Below, one piece after another: positions 52,001-63,530 of a stretch of 64,000 nucleotides of DNA (positions are counted from its first letter, which is position 1; each line of letters begins with the position of its first letter). Source of the stretch: Phoronis australis. Taxonomy: Eukaryota; Animalia; Phoronida. Both the position numbers and the translations under genes were made by a program. Under the pieces are notes generated by a model. That model had not been told where the DNA came from and did no database searches. It saw nothing but the letters and a program-made list of their open reading frames with translations. The stretch lies in NCBI GenBank assembly GCA_002633005.1, contig NMRA01000733.1, positions 95,320 to 159,319 of the forward strand. Direction: 5' to 3'.

Positions 52001-53652
52001 TCAAACACTGTAGTTACCCTTAGTAGCAGACTAAGAGCATTGGACTAAATGTCTTTTGGGGTGCAAACTTACTCAGGGCTGTTCCAGCAAAATCTGTATA
52101 GGAGGGGGGGGNGGGGGGGGGGGGGACTGCAGTAGAAATAAGAATTCATGGTTGGTGATCTTCAGAAAAAGCTCAAATTATGGGTGGTCAGTCTTGTAAG
52201 AAGTAAAGCATTAAAATTGGGTGGTATTTTTTGACTAAATCAAAACTCATTACAAATTCACTCGGCAAATACCCAAACCTATTCCAGAACAACAAACAAG
52301 TCCATGTTGCCGGTGCACAAAGTGCAATATGTACACTAAGCCATTAATCAAGTCATGGGCAACTTGATTACAAGTACATGTTCAACTGCAGTCGTATTTG
52401 AATGAAAATGTCTGCAACACTAAACTGGTGTTAACACATAAGAAAATTGATGATTTCTAAATAAAAAGTATGGGGAGTAAGATAGACTAGTTCCAATATT
52501 CACTTGAAAAAGCAGTATAAAACAGTTCGTGGAGGTAGTTTGAGATTCATAGATCCTTGAAATTGAAAAAATCTTTATTGAAATTACAGACACATGGTGA
52601 ACAGATACCTAGTGGCTGCCAAAAGTATTGCTCACAGGTGTCTCTGTAAGCAAGTTTCTGATAACTGATGAGTTGTGATCTCACATGGAATTTTTCTGCA
52701 CGCACAAAAACTGTGGCCGGTCCGTCTGTCATTATCCTTTCTTGTCTATCAATTATCTCAAGAATCGCTTGGTGGATCATGATAAAATTCGGTATAAAGG
52801 TACTTGGCAAGGATGTGCCTGCACCAGTCGATTTCTGGGCGGGTTTGGAAACCTTGGTACCCCATGTTGGCCGCTTTAGTTTTCGACAAGCCATTCCTTG
52901 TATGTTGATTATCTCAAAAACTGCTTCACTGATCACTGACAGTGAAAGTCAAAATAGAAGTATATCGCAAAAATGTGCTGGCACCAGTCAGTTTTTGGAC
53001 GCTGGATTCAACTACTGAGGCATCCCGTTAGCTTTTGACAAGACATGTTGATTATCTTAAAGTGATAGATACAACTGGAAATTTGGCACAAAAATATATG
53101 GCAGGGATGGATGCATTGACAGAAGTCATTTTCATTTTGATTCGACCACCCTCTTGGTTACTTTAGTTTTTGGCAATATTGGACACGACAGCTAGTTCTT
53201 GTCTGTCAAACATCTTCTTAACAGGTCATCCTGGAGGTAATTTGTTTGCAAGTGTTGGATTGTATATTTTAACCTATTAATTAAAAAATTATGGGTCATG
53301 GGTTGGAGAAATAATTGAAAAATATGGGCAGTGGGTACGAAATAAAAGTGCCTTCCCCCTCCCATACAGATTTTGCTGGAACAGCCCTCACTAGGCCCAG
53401 ACTCAAACGTTATATTTACTAGCAGACTATGAGCATCGGGCTAAATGTCTTTTAGGCTGCTCTGGTAAAACTGCATCTCATAATCAATAAAAACATCTCA
53501 ACAAGCAGACCCAAATCATGGAACAATGTACATGTAACCTTTGCTAAAAAGCATCTTGTCGCTTCTGCTAAGTTCATTACAAATTTTACTTATTCCATTT
53601 CTAGGCTTCTTATCACTGGCCATCTCTACTGGAACCACGTCTGATCAGTTGA
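37039..53652 (+). CDS. COIL: Coilin (Cajal body scaffold); exons 37039-37286, 46916-47846, 48290-48409, 50715-50832, 51727-51812, 53605-53652, about 516 aa
   Basis: N-terminal domain (RVRIEFD..SWMLID..LYLQNAWLPPWERTSIIRENDLI), a basic/acidic disordered middle with NLS-like K/R runs, and a C-terminal Tudor-like region (KDYTTFPPLTGPPRVGDVIAFK-VIELSSMYTPEVSEYRE, GKFDLV, WPSLLEPRLI). All junctions are GT-AG and in phase. Confidence 0.92.
38482..38551. repeat. Perfect 70-bp palindrome (34-bp arms, 2-nt spacer)
   Basis: AATCAATGACTATTATACATACATATATAGTCTT-AA-AAGACTATATATGTATGTATAATAGTCATTGATT. Confidence 0.95.
39130..41095. mobile_element. Two oppositely oriented copies of a hAT-like repeat (CAGGG-type terminus)
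   Basis: About 40190-40404 is the reverse complement of about 40663-40890 (CAGGSCTTTATCCAGGATTTCGAAAATAGGGTGT...). About 39160-39210 is the reverse complement of about 41040-41090. Confidence 0.6.
39447..39694. mobile_element. PIF/Harbinger-type MITE
   Basis: TIR GGGCCCGTTCCAACAAAACTGACTTA / TAAGTCAGTTTCTTGGAACAGGCCC with a 3-bp CAG duplication (39444-39446, 39695-39697). Confidence 0.75.
41993..43669 (-). mobile_element. Non-autonomous Kolobok-type transposon, family A copy 3 (coilin intron 1, opposite orientation)
   Basis: TTAA|AGGAGCATGCCACC ... GGTGGCATTCTCCT|TTAA. Reverse-complement similarity to copy 2 throughout; GYQLEQEYSDEEILERR relic at about 43187-43237. Confidence 0.87.
48812..50010 (+). 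mobile_element. Penelope-like retroelement, 5'-truncated (RT C-terminus + GIY-YIG endonuclease) with inverted terminal copy
   Basis: IQFTMETE..LPLLDLSI..IYRKPTHKDQYLQFSSNHP (PLE RT thumb), then IPYI..CGVMYQLEC..YIIETKR..KEH..AVGEH..RKLKEAI..LNQDRG (GIY-YIG). About 48850-49063 is the reverse complement of about 49794-50010. Flanking near-duplication TTGGACATYATAC at 48799-48811 and 50011-50023. Confidence 0.88.
51182..51697. repeat. 34-36-bp minisatellite, about 15 copies
   Basis: Repeated CAGACTATTTCATTGGTTTAAT(AT)GTYGTCTTTCTMTMTC. Confidence 0.9.
52076..53387. mobile_element. PIF/Harbinger-type non-autonomous element, long copy
   Basis: TIR GGGCTGTTCCAGCAAAATCTGTAT / ATACAGATTTTGCTGGAACAGCCC with a TCA duplication on both sides. 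Confidence 0.8.
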
Positions 53653-54795
53653 AGCAGTAGACAACAACATCTGAAGTTATGTATCAAATGACGAGGTGCA
53701 TCACTGTACAATACAACATGGAATTTGGGAATTATGTATCAGCAAAGTGATCAATGGCCATCATCAAATTATTGTTTACGTCAAGAAGCTGTTAGTCCCA
53801 AGTCATTTTGGAGACCTCTTCGTGCAGACTAAAAAACAAAACAATATTCATCTGCATAGATTTCAGCCAAGGTATCTTTTTTGAAGTCACAAGCAAGGTT
53901 TGAAATGCCACGATGGATTTTCTTGAAAATGTAACTGAAAAATACCACACCACCGACTTGATTTTCAAAAACGTACAAGAGTCAAATTTTGCTTTTTAGC
54001 CTTATCATCAAATATTTTTCAACTAATATTTGCCTGGCTATTTGAGATGTGCCCATTTCAAGACTTTAAATGTGGATTAATTTTATGGGTGAGCAATGCC
54101 GAAAATTAATTTTTCAAGTTTTATGAACAGGCCGTGCAGAAGTAAGCTTCCAGCAAAATAGTGAGCATCCCAAACTGTGTTCTCTATTTTGCAGTTACAT
54201 TACATTATAGATTTTATGGCTACACCAAGCCCTAAAAATGTTTTGAGCCACCTTGCATATTCTGTGTTTGTAATAATTGTTTAATTGTGCTGTACATTTC
54301 ATTTATCCTCCAAAATGGCATCTATGTTCAGACTGAAAATTTGACGTCACTTAAATATGTTGAGCTTCCTTGCTTTATAATTCCACATCAAAAGCAAACA
54401 TTCCAAGTGCAACACATCTTTATTGTTCAGAGTTAAATCATACATTCATTGATTCACAACTTTATTTGCCCCTTGGTTATAAAAATGGTGATATAATATA
54501 ATAAAGTTCCATTTTATGATATATTTGGTTTTCATATCACATGCATAAGCACAACGACGTCTCACTCTTGTCATTTCTGTCGCAATGATACAGAACTACT
54601 CATAGATGTAGTCACAATATTACATAACTACTCATGGACCTAGTCACAATAAGCCATACAATTGTAACAAATGTTTTCGAAACGCACTGATTATCTGCAA
54701 CATACCGATTTTAACAAAAACTACAAATTGCTAAATACCAGTGTCCTGGGAAGAAATCTGACAAAACACAAAAATGGACACTAATGTTGTCCTCA

Positions 54796-55152
54796 TGCAT
54801 CAAACTTGTGTTAGTCATCTATTATAATAGTAAAGTAAACATGGTGCATCAAACTTGTGTTAGTCATCTATTATAATAGTAAAGTATACATGGTGCATCA
54901 AACTTGTGTTAGTCATCTATTATAATAGTAAAGTATACATGGTGCATCAAACTTGTGTTAGTCATCTATTATAATAGTAAAGTATACATGGTGCATCAAA
55001 CTTGTGTTAGTCATCTCCTATTATAATAGTAAAGTAAACATGGTGCATCAAACTTGTGTTAGTCATCTCCTATTATAATAGTAAAGTAAACATGGTGCAT
55101 CAAACTTGTGTTAGTCATCTCCTATTATAATAGTAAAGTAAACATGGTGCAT
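54796..55152. repeat. About 49-51-bp tandem repeat, about 7 copies
   Basis: Repeated TGCATCAAACTTGTGTTAGTCATCT(CC)TATTATAATAGTAAAGTAWACATGG. Confidence 0.9.
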
Positions 55153-55407
55153 CTGATGCAATATTTTTGCTGATATTACAATTCTGAAAATAGTTGTTAA
55201 AGAGGCCACTCTTCATTTATGACAACTTTGAGCAGACTTGTGACAGGCAGTAGATTTTTATAACTTATTTACTATTACTAAGTTATAAGAGTACAGTGAG
55301 GACTCACTCTTGTGCTTATATCAACCGCAACCCTATGTCGAAGTGACCACAATGCCAGGTGTAAGTCAGCTTACTCCAAGATCATTGCTTTCATGACCAG
55401 TAGTGTC

Positions 55408-55668
55408 ACTGTGTATGGTCCGTCAGTACACTGAATCAGTACTATCCCAATATCACATCAGTTTCTCTGGGTATGGTCTGTGTGTACACTGAACAAGTAA
55501 TACACTAATATCACATTTGTTACACTGTGTACGGTCCCCGAGTACACCGAACAAGTAATATACTGATGTCACATCAGTTGCACTACATATGGTCCATGAG
55601 TACACTAAAGCAGTGGTATGATACTTCACATCAGTTGCATTGTGTATGGTCTTTGAGTACACTGAAGA
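55408..55668. repeat. About 58-bp degenerate tandem repeat overlapping the CENP-M stop codon
   Basis: Units TGTGTATGGTC..GAGTACACTGAA...TCACATCAGTTGCAC, about 4.5 copies. Confidence 0.8.
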
Positions 55669-58600
55669 AGCAGAGGTGATACCCCCGTCCTGAACCCAGC
55701 TGCAGTCTCTACCAAGTTCAAGATTTTCCTTGCCATGTTGAGACAACTTTCGTCAGTCTAGAAAATAAATAATTAACAGTTTCAGCAATGCACTACATTA
55801 AAATAATTTTTGCTGGTGGGAAACGAGGTCAAACTCAGACTTGCAGTTCAGTAGAAGACTAATACATAGAAAAAAAATTCGATAGGCAAAATGGATCATA
55901 GCTCAGATAAAGAATTCAAAGATGCCATCCTCCCAAGCAATCAAATGCCATCGCACAAACGAAATATCAAAAAAAAGCAATGAAATACAAAAAATACATG
56001 AGGGCTGTTCCACTAAAATCTGTGTGGGGGGGAAGGCAGTTGTAATAAAATTTATGGGTGGTTGTGTTTGGTTTAAATTTAAAATGGCTGGTGGTCGTAC
56101 TTCAAAAAAATAAAAATTTACAGGTCGTTGTTGTTTCATTGTGCCATGAATGTTTGATGGTGGGTAATTTCAGTAAGTTTTATAAACAATCCGCACAGAA
56201 TCAACAATTAAAACAAAAACGCTACTTGCAAAACGCTCGGTCTTTGTCACTCCCTCCGATCTCCCCATTGACATGCCCATAACACCAGTCAACCACAGGC
56301 ACTCGAATTTCTCGATGGCTAATAACCATATATAAGAAACATGTTTTCTTAGTAATGAATAATGTCAGTGGTTATCGAGGAACAGATTAACTCAAGTGCC
56401 TGTGCAGTCAACCACAAGAACAACAAAAAAATTACGGGTGATTGCATTTCAAACTTATAAAAAATTACAGGTGGTGGGGTGAAAAAATAAATGAAAAATA
56501 TGGATGGTGGGTGCGAAAAAAGTGCCTTCCCCCCTCCCATACAGATTTTACTGGAACAGCCCTGAGCAATGCATTCACATGTTAGGAACGACTGATTACT
56601 TACCTCAAGTTCATCACAAATCATAGCAGAGTTATGGAACTCGACCAGCTGAGATACATTATCAATCTGAATAATTCTCCCCATGGTTTTATTGGCTGTA
56701 AGAAAACAATGTGAATGAATGTCAGAACAGAATAAAACTTGGCAATGTTCCAAACATGCAACAACAAAAAAGCAAGATCATGCAACAAGACAATGCAAAA
56801 TCATAAGAATGAAAGGCAAGTTTTCACAAGTATACTCAGAAGCTTACTAGAATCCCAACACAATATGCTTAGACTTACTAGCATACCTAGAAAAATAGCA
56901 ACCACTAAAGAGACTGGTTGGGGATGGAATGTAAAAATATGGAATACAATTCACTGTTTCCACTCCATAAGGAATCATTTCATGCCTCAAGTACAGCGCT
57001 AGTATCTTGGTCCACAGAGTGCAGCTTGGCAACAATGTTCAGAGAAGCAATAGAATCAACGATTATAAAACCTACTGGAATTATTTACCAAGAATTCTGT
57101 AACTGGCATTAGTTAAAGACTGGAATTTGACAAAATGAGTTTTTTGAAAGACAATCCGTGGGAACACATCTGCCAGTTTCATAATGGTTCTCCGAATGGT
57201 TTTGCAGATAAAGACGCAAACGACAACACAAAACTTAACGCCATTACGTGGCAGAAAATATATTGAATCTTCCAAAATGGCAAGGCCCTGGTGTCGTCAT
57301 AATAGAAAGTTGTGTGCCAAATTTCATGAAAAACCATCAAGGAGCTTTAAAGATACAAAGGCAAACATGACAAACTAAAATTGCCACTAGGGGGCACAGT
57401 ACAGCTGTAGTTAAATATGTCCAAATATCCTGGTCAGCTGTGGTCACATTGACAGGAAAACACTAAATTTCACAAGGATCCTGCAAAGTGTTAACGAGAT
57501 ATGGCTGGTGATGCAACAACAAATCACCGCTACAAATACCTCGTCTCAGTTGAGCCTAATCAAATAGACAACTCATTGCGTTTTAAATGAAAATTGTCTA
57601 CACTTACCGCCAATAACAGCAAAACAGGTTTTGCCAATGAAGAAGCGTGGATCAACCTGAGCTAAAGCCGATTCCACTGTTTGCAGACTGGAATAATTGA
57701 AAATGGAGATCATCTGGTAGAGCAATAAACGTGGCGAACAAAGAAAACATTTTATTATCGAAGATAAATAATAACTATTTCCTTACCATAGTTGTCACTA
57801 GGCAATGATTTGAAAAACCATCACAACAATGTGCGTAGCCTTTGAAAAAGGAAAATTAGGCCAATTTTGGAAAGCATTTTTGTTAAAAAAATGGTTGTAT
57901 GTTATTGCCACAATTATCCCAGTTATATCAACCACTCATTAATACAGTGATAATATCAACCACTCATTAATACAGTGGAAATATCAACCACTCATTAATA
58001 CAGTGATAATATCAATCACTCATTAATACAGTGATAATATCAATCACTCATTAATACAGTGATAATATCAATCACTCATTAATACAGTGATAATATCAAT
58101 CACTCATTAATACAGTGATAATATCAATCACTCATTAATACAGTGATAATATCAATCACTCATTAATACAGTGATAATATCAATCACTCATTAATACAGT
58201 GATAATATCAATCACTCATTAATACAGTGATAATATCAATCACTCATTAATACAGTGATAATATCAATCACTCATTAATACAGTGATAATATCAATCACT
58301 CATTAATACAGTGATAATATCAATCACTCATTAATACAGTGATAATATCAATCACTCATTAATACAGTGATAATATCAATCACTCATTAATACAGTGATA
58401 ATATCAATCACTCATTAATACAGTGATAATATCAATCACTCATTAATACAGTGATAATATCAATCACTCATTAATACAGTGATAATATCAATCACTCATT
58501 AATACAGTGATAATATCAATCACTCATTAATACAGTGATAATATCAATCACTCATTAATACAGTGATAATATCAATCACTCATTAATACAGTGATAATAT

Positions 58601-60289
58601 CAATCACTCATTAATACAGTGATAATATCAATCACTCATTAATACAGTGATAATATCAATCACTCATTAATACAGTGATAATATCAATCACTCATTAATA
58701 CAGTGATAATATCAACCACTCATTAATACAGTGATAATATCAACCACTCATTAATACAGTGATAATATCAATCACTCATTAATACAGTGATAATATCAAT
58801 CACTCATTAATACAGTGATAATATCAATCACTCATTAATACAGTGATAATATCAACCACTCATTAATACAGTGATAATATCAACCACTCATTAATACAGT
58901 GATAATATCAATCACTCATTAATACAGTGGAAATATCAATCACTCATTAATACAGTGATAATATCAATCACTCATTAATACAGTGATAATATCTTAGATG
59001 CAGAATGAAACCTATTTTTAGACATTTCATTTGACTCGATTCTTTTTTAATAGGATAAATTTGAGTATTTTCTATACTATTGCAGTTCATCAAATATACG
59101 AAGTTACCTTACCACTTGTACCTATCATCATGTAAATACAAGATTTCAACTAATGAATGATTTTGAGCTGTTCACTTGTTCAATAATACTCTTCAAAAGA
59201 TACAAATAAGATTTGTAATATGTTTGTAAGATACCTAAAGGCAAAAATTGGAGATAAGAACTGAACTGAAATGGGCTTTGTAGTATGATATTAAAATAGG
59301 TCAGTCTCACAATATCATTCGATTGCAGTTACATTAATCATGGCAAACTTTGTCATTTCAAGATGTTTGCATTGGGAACAATGCTGGAAAAGCTATAGCA
59401 CATAAACCACTATCTTCAGAACGGAAAAATTGAAAAATGTAAGTATTTTAGAAAAAGAACACCCAACCATTATAAAAAAATCAAAAAAAACAAGTCGTAT
59501 TTTAGCAATTGATCTGAGGTTGCTACATCACATCCATAGACATTAGAGAGAGACAGAGGTTGGCTGTCACATGACTTTGTATATGTATAGCAGAGCGGCC
59601 ATTTTTTGAATGGAACAGTGTTAGCCAGTGGGCTAAAAGGCTCTAACTTTGAATAGAGTTAACTTTGATGAAATAGATCAAAATGTTTGCATTACATATT
59701 CTGTCTAGTGATATCACTTTCAGGATATTTTGGAATTAAAATGAAAATCCTCAGAAGTACTTTAGTTAAGTAATTCTGCTAATAATGCTTAGCGTATTTT
59801 TGTTTCATTTGATCCTATTTGCCAGTATCTTGCATTTAACATACCAATAACCCTCGTATCCAGACCACCTACAGCCACGCTGGTTTGTTTATAGTCAACT
59901 TCCATACAACAATATAGCAACATGTGAGCCGAGTGCTTTCACGGCTATTTATAGTAGAACGTAGGATCTATGTCACTATATCTCCCTACATCGATGCTCA
60001 CGTCAATATTCAACAAGTCTGGCCATAACAAGTTAGAAATAATTTCAGAATAAGAACATAGCAGAACTGTGAACGTGTGCTACATTGGGAGAAATGTTTC
60101 AGTTTTGAAGAACTAATGTAGGGAGTCCCAATACTCAACAAAGTCAGAGTGGGCTAAGCATTTGTCAAGGACGGTCAAATGTCAACGTACCTGCATTTAT
60201 TAGCCATATCTATCATGAAGACCAAAAAATCAATTTCTGGTCGAGTTGCACTGAGTTCACTGGGTAGTGGTAACGATTTAGCTGTCCTC
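55626..60289 (-). CDS. CENPM: Centromere protein M, 3' part; exons 60289-60191, 57687-57608, 56695-56604, 55757-55626; 5' exons not located in the window
   Basis: Spliced peptide RTAKSLPLPSELSATRPEIDFLVFMIDMANKC-SLQTVESALAQVDPRFFIGKTCFAVIG-ANKTMGRIIQIDNVSQLVEFHNSAMICDELE-TDESCLNMARKILNLVETAAGFRTGVSPLLL matches the recalled CENP-M pattern (AKSLPLPS..RPRIDLIVF..SLQ..VDASFFLGKVCF..GVSAL). Splice phases are consistent. Confidence 0.88.
56002..56562. mobile_element. PIF/Harbinger-type MITE, same TIR family as 52076-53387
   Basis: TGA|GGGCTGTTCCACTAAAATCTGT ... ACAGATTTTACTGGAACAGCCC|TGA. Confidence 0.8.
57925..58993. repeat. 28-bp minisatellite, about 38 nearly identical copies (CENP-M intron)
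   Basis: Unit ATATCAAYCACTCATTAATACAGTGATA with no spacers. Confidence 0.97.
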
Positions 60290-60775
60290 CTGAAAATATC
60301 ACATGGTATTACATAACACTCAATCATACAGCCATGTATGGTGAGAAGTTCAGATATCATGTACATGACGTTTTACTTAAATTATTTTAAAGTTATACCA
60401 AGTGCTTCATTGGTAAGTCTCAGGTGGCCTACTTCAAAGTAACATACAAAAATAATGAAATGTTTGATTAAAAAGGCAAAAAATAATACATTATGACATT
60501 ACAAAATCATAAAAGATACCTTACCTCACTTCGTGAATTGTTTGCCAAATTGCATCAAGATTGAACAATAATCAAAACAGGATGTCCCAAGGTGATAGTC
60601 ACATTACCTAACTTTATCTCAAGCATTTACAGGAGACAACAGGTTGAACACAAATGCGGTTTAATTGACTTCCTAAATAACAATTCAATGTTACACCTGT
60701 GTGCACACCTGAAACTCTTATGTTTTATACAGCACAACATTTAACCATGAATTTCTATGTTGTGTTTATTTTTAA

Positions 60776-62322
60776 AGGCGAAGGCAACCTTTTTCCATGT
60801 CATTTTGAGCTAAAATAAGGTTGGTTGGTTATCCTAGACATATTTTCCACTTAATTACAGCTTTTCGTAATTTTATTAATTACTCGTCCGCTACTCCGGA
60901 AGTGACGTTTTAGGAGGCAAGCGTTTCCCACCACTTGGTTTTGCGTTGACTTTACCGTGCGAATCTGTCCTATTCTACTTTTGTTTTGTGCTGTTTTTCA
61001 ACAATTGTCGCCACCACTTTTCATCGGCGAGTATTCTGCGGCAAGATAGGTTAGTAGAGAACTCAACTACGTTGGATTTAGGGAATGTTTAGTGTGTTGT
61101 AAGCTGAAAATGGCTGGAGTCGGTGACCCGTATCACAGTGACAGTAGTGTGAGTGACGGAGACCTTGTTCACAGCAGTGGTGACGAGGAATTTTTTNNNN
61201 NNNNNNNNNNNNNNNNNNNNNNNNNNNNNNNNNNNNNNNNNNNNNNNNNNNNNNNNNNNNNNNNNNNNNNNNNNNNNNNNNNNNNNNNNNNNNNNNNNNN
61301 NNNNNNNNNNNNNNNNNNNNNNNNNNNNNNNNNNNNNNNNNNNNNNNNNNNNNNNNNNNNNNNNNNNNNNNNNNNNNNNNNNNNNNNNNNNNNNNNNNNN
61401 NNNNNNNNNNNNNNNNNNNNNNNNNNNNNNNNNNNNNNNNNNNNNNNNNNNNNNNNNNNNNNNNNNNNNNNNNNNNNNNNNNNNNNNNNNNNNNNNNNNN
61501 NNNNNNNNNNNNNNNNNNNNNNNNNNNNNNNNNNNNNNNNNNNNNNNNNNNNNNNNNNNNNNNNNNNNNNNNNNNNNNNNNNNNNNNNNNNNNNNNNNNN
61601 NNNNNNNNNNNNNNNNNNNNNNNNNNNNNNNNNNNNNNNNNNNNNNNNNNNNNNNNNNNNNNNNNNNNNNNNNNNNNNNNNNNNNNNNNNNNNNNNNNNN
61701 NNNNNNNNNNNNNNNNNNNNNNNNNNNNNNNNNNNNNNNNNNNNNNNNNNNNNNNNNNNNNNNNNNNNNNNNNNNNNNNNNNNNNNNNNNNNNNNNNNNN
61801 NNNNNNNNNNNNNNNNNNNNNNNNNNNNNNNNNNNNNNNNNNNNNNNNNNNNNNNNNNNNNNNNNNNNNNNNNNNNNNNNNNNNNNNNNNNNNNNNNNNN
61901 NNNNNNNNNNNNNNNNNNNNNNNNNNNNNNNNNNNNNNNNNNNNNNNNNNNNNNNNNNNNNNNNNNNNNNNNNNNNNNNNNNNNNNNNNNNNNNNNNNNN
62001 NNNNNNNNNNNNNNNNNNNNNNNNNNNACATCCTGGTACGCAGCAACAGTGTGGCATGTTGACTGACTAGTAAATGAAAGCAAACGACGACGGAACTTAA
62101 CACAACCGAGGTAGAACAATGACTGACTCGGCAGCTCTCACAGTCAGACTACATGAAAAGAAATTGGCGCGAAATGCTTGCCTCCTAAAACGTCACTTCC
62201 GGAGTAGCGGACGAGTAATAACTAAAATTACGAAAAGCTGTAATTAAGTGGAAAATATGTCTAGGATAACCAACCAACCTTATTTTAGCTCAAAATGACA
62301 TGGAAAAAGGTTGCCTTCGCCT
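60776..62322 (-). mobile_element. Kolobok-type transposon, family B, about 150-bp TIRs, interior lost in an assembly gap
   Basis: TTAA|AGGCGAAGGCAACC...; 60776-60927 is a near-perfect reverse complement of about 62171-62322, followed by TTAA. Minus-strand MPHCCCVPGC (THAP start, 62057) and plus-strand acidic MAGVGDPYHSDSSVSDGD.. (61110) both run into the N gap. Confidence 0.82.
61197..62027. other. Assembly gap (N run)
   Basis: Run of N characters. Confidence 0.99.
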
Positions 62323-62741
62323 TTAAAGTCTTGACATTACTATGGCCAATGTATAATGTGTTGTACAATGGGAACTACACCTTGACGTTTTGCAGGTCAA
62401 ATTAGAATCCTAGATCAAACAACCATTTCTGAACATCAAATCTGGCTAATTAAATTACTCTTCCTTGAAAGCCAAGGTGATGCTTTGCCTAGTGTCCTAA
62501 GGTGTTCCTACACTAGAAACTAGTGAAATGACTTTTCTTGTTTCTAGACAACTTCGCCATCTCCAAGAGTGCCTATCATCAATTCATTGTCGTGAAGTGG
62601 TCATTCACACAGGGATACCCAGGTTTCAAAATCCCGCTTGCCCGCTGGGTGAGTGAACCAGAAAATCTACTCGCCCAGCCCAAACTTCAGTTGCCAGGTC
62701 GTTTTGTGTCCGTCACCACAAGCTTGCTGCCTACATTAATA

Positions 62742-63530
62742 ACAAGAGCAATGCGAAGCATTGAAATGCGCCAACGAATGCATTGCAAATGGTGTGCTTT
62801 TAGGGTTATTTATTTGTATCATAAAAATGGCCACTAGATGGCGCAAAAACATACAATCCATTCAAAAACAGGAACATGCCATATTTCAGAAAAATCTGTC
62901 AAGGAACTTCAGAGAAACAAAGGAAAACAGAATAAAATGAAATTGCCACTAGTGGGCACAGTGTCCGATGGATCCGCCTAAAAGTCGTCATTGTCTGTTG
63001 TTATCTTCATATAAATACACTTACTAGATTTAGTGAAGATCTTGCAGTGGGTTTAGGAGATACACCTATGGGCGAGAAACAAAACTACCACTAGGAGGCG
63101 CCAAAGTAGTCAGTCACCATCATCAAAGGTCATCTTCACACTGAGAACATAAATGTCAATTTTCAAATGAATTGGTTGATACAGGGGTGGACATCAAAAA
63201 CAAGATTTGAAAACATCAAAAAATGGCCATTAGGAAGTGCAAAATACCTCGATTTCATCCAAAAACAGGAAGATAGCGTAATCACACCAACAGATGCCTA
63301 TATTCAAAATTTTATGAAAATCTGTTGAGGACCTTTGAAGAAAATTGCCACTAGGGGGCACAGCAGTAGTCAGATCTGTCCGAAAGTCGTCGTCATCCGT
63401 AGTCAACATCATATAAATACACTTGCTAAATTAAGTAAAGATCCTGCGAACGGAGATACAGCCATAGGCGCAACAAAAACAAAACTGCCACTAGGAGTCG
63501 CCACAGTAGTCGATTGTTGAAAAATCATCG
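62742..63530 (+). mobile_element. AACAAGAG-start interspersed repeat with internal subrepeats carrying CCACTAGRKGGC motifs; relatives at about 5560-5735 (-), 28170-28480 and 57230-57530
   Basis: Start AACAAGAGCAATGC mirrors the reverse complement at about 5705-5735. Shared blocks AAAATGGCCACTAGATGG, AAATTGCCACTAGGGGGCACAG and AATTTCATGAAAA. Confidence 0.6.

Noticed and set aside
57925-58993. 28-bp palindromic repeat resembling a CRISPR repeat
   Set aside because: Units are contiguous with no unique spacers, there are no cas genes, and the context is a eukaryotic intron.
60520-60600. Candidate upstream CENP-M exon ending at a strong minus-strand GTAAGG donor
   Set aside because: The required frame meets a stop before any acceptor AG, and the peptide does not resemble the CENP-M N-terminus.
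61078-62119. ORFs of over 300 aa
   Set aside because: Artefacts of translating through the N gap.
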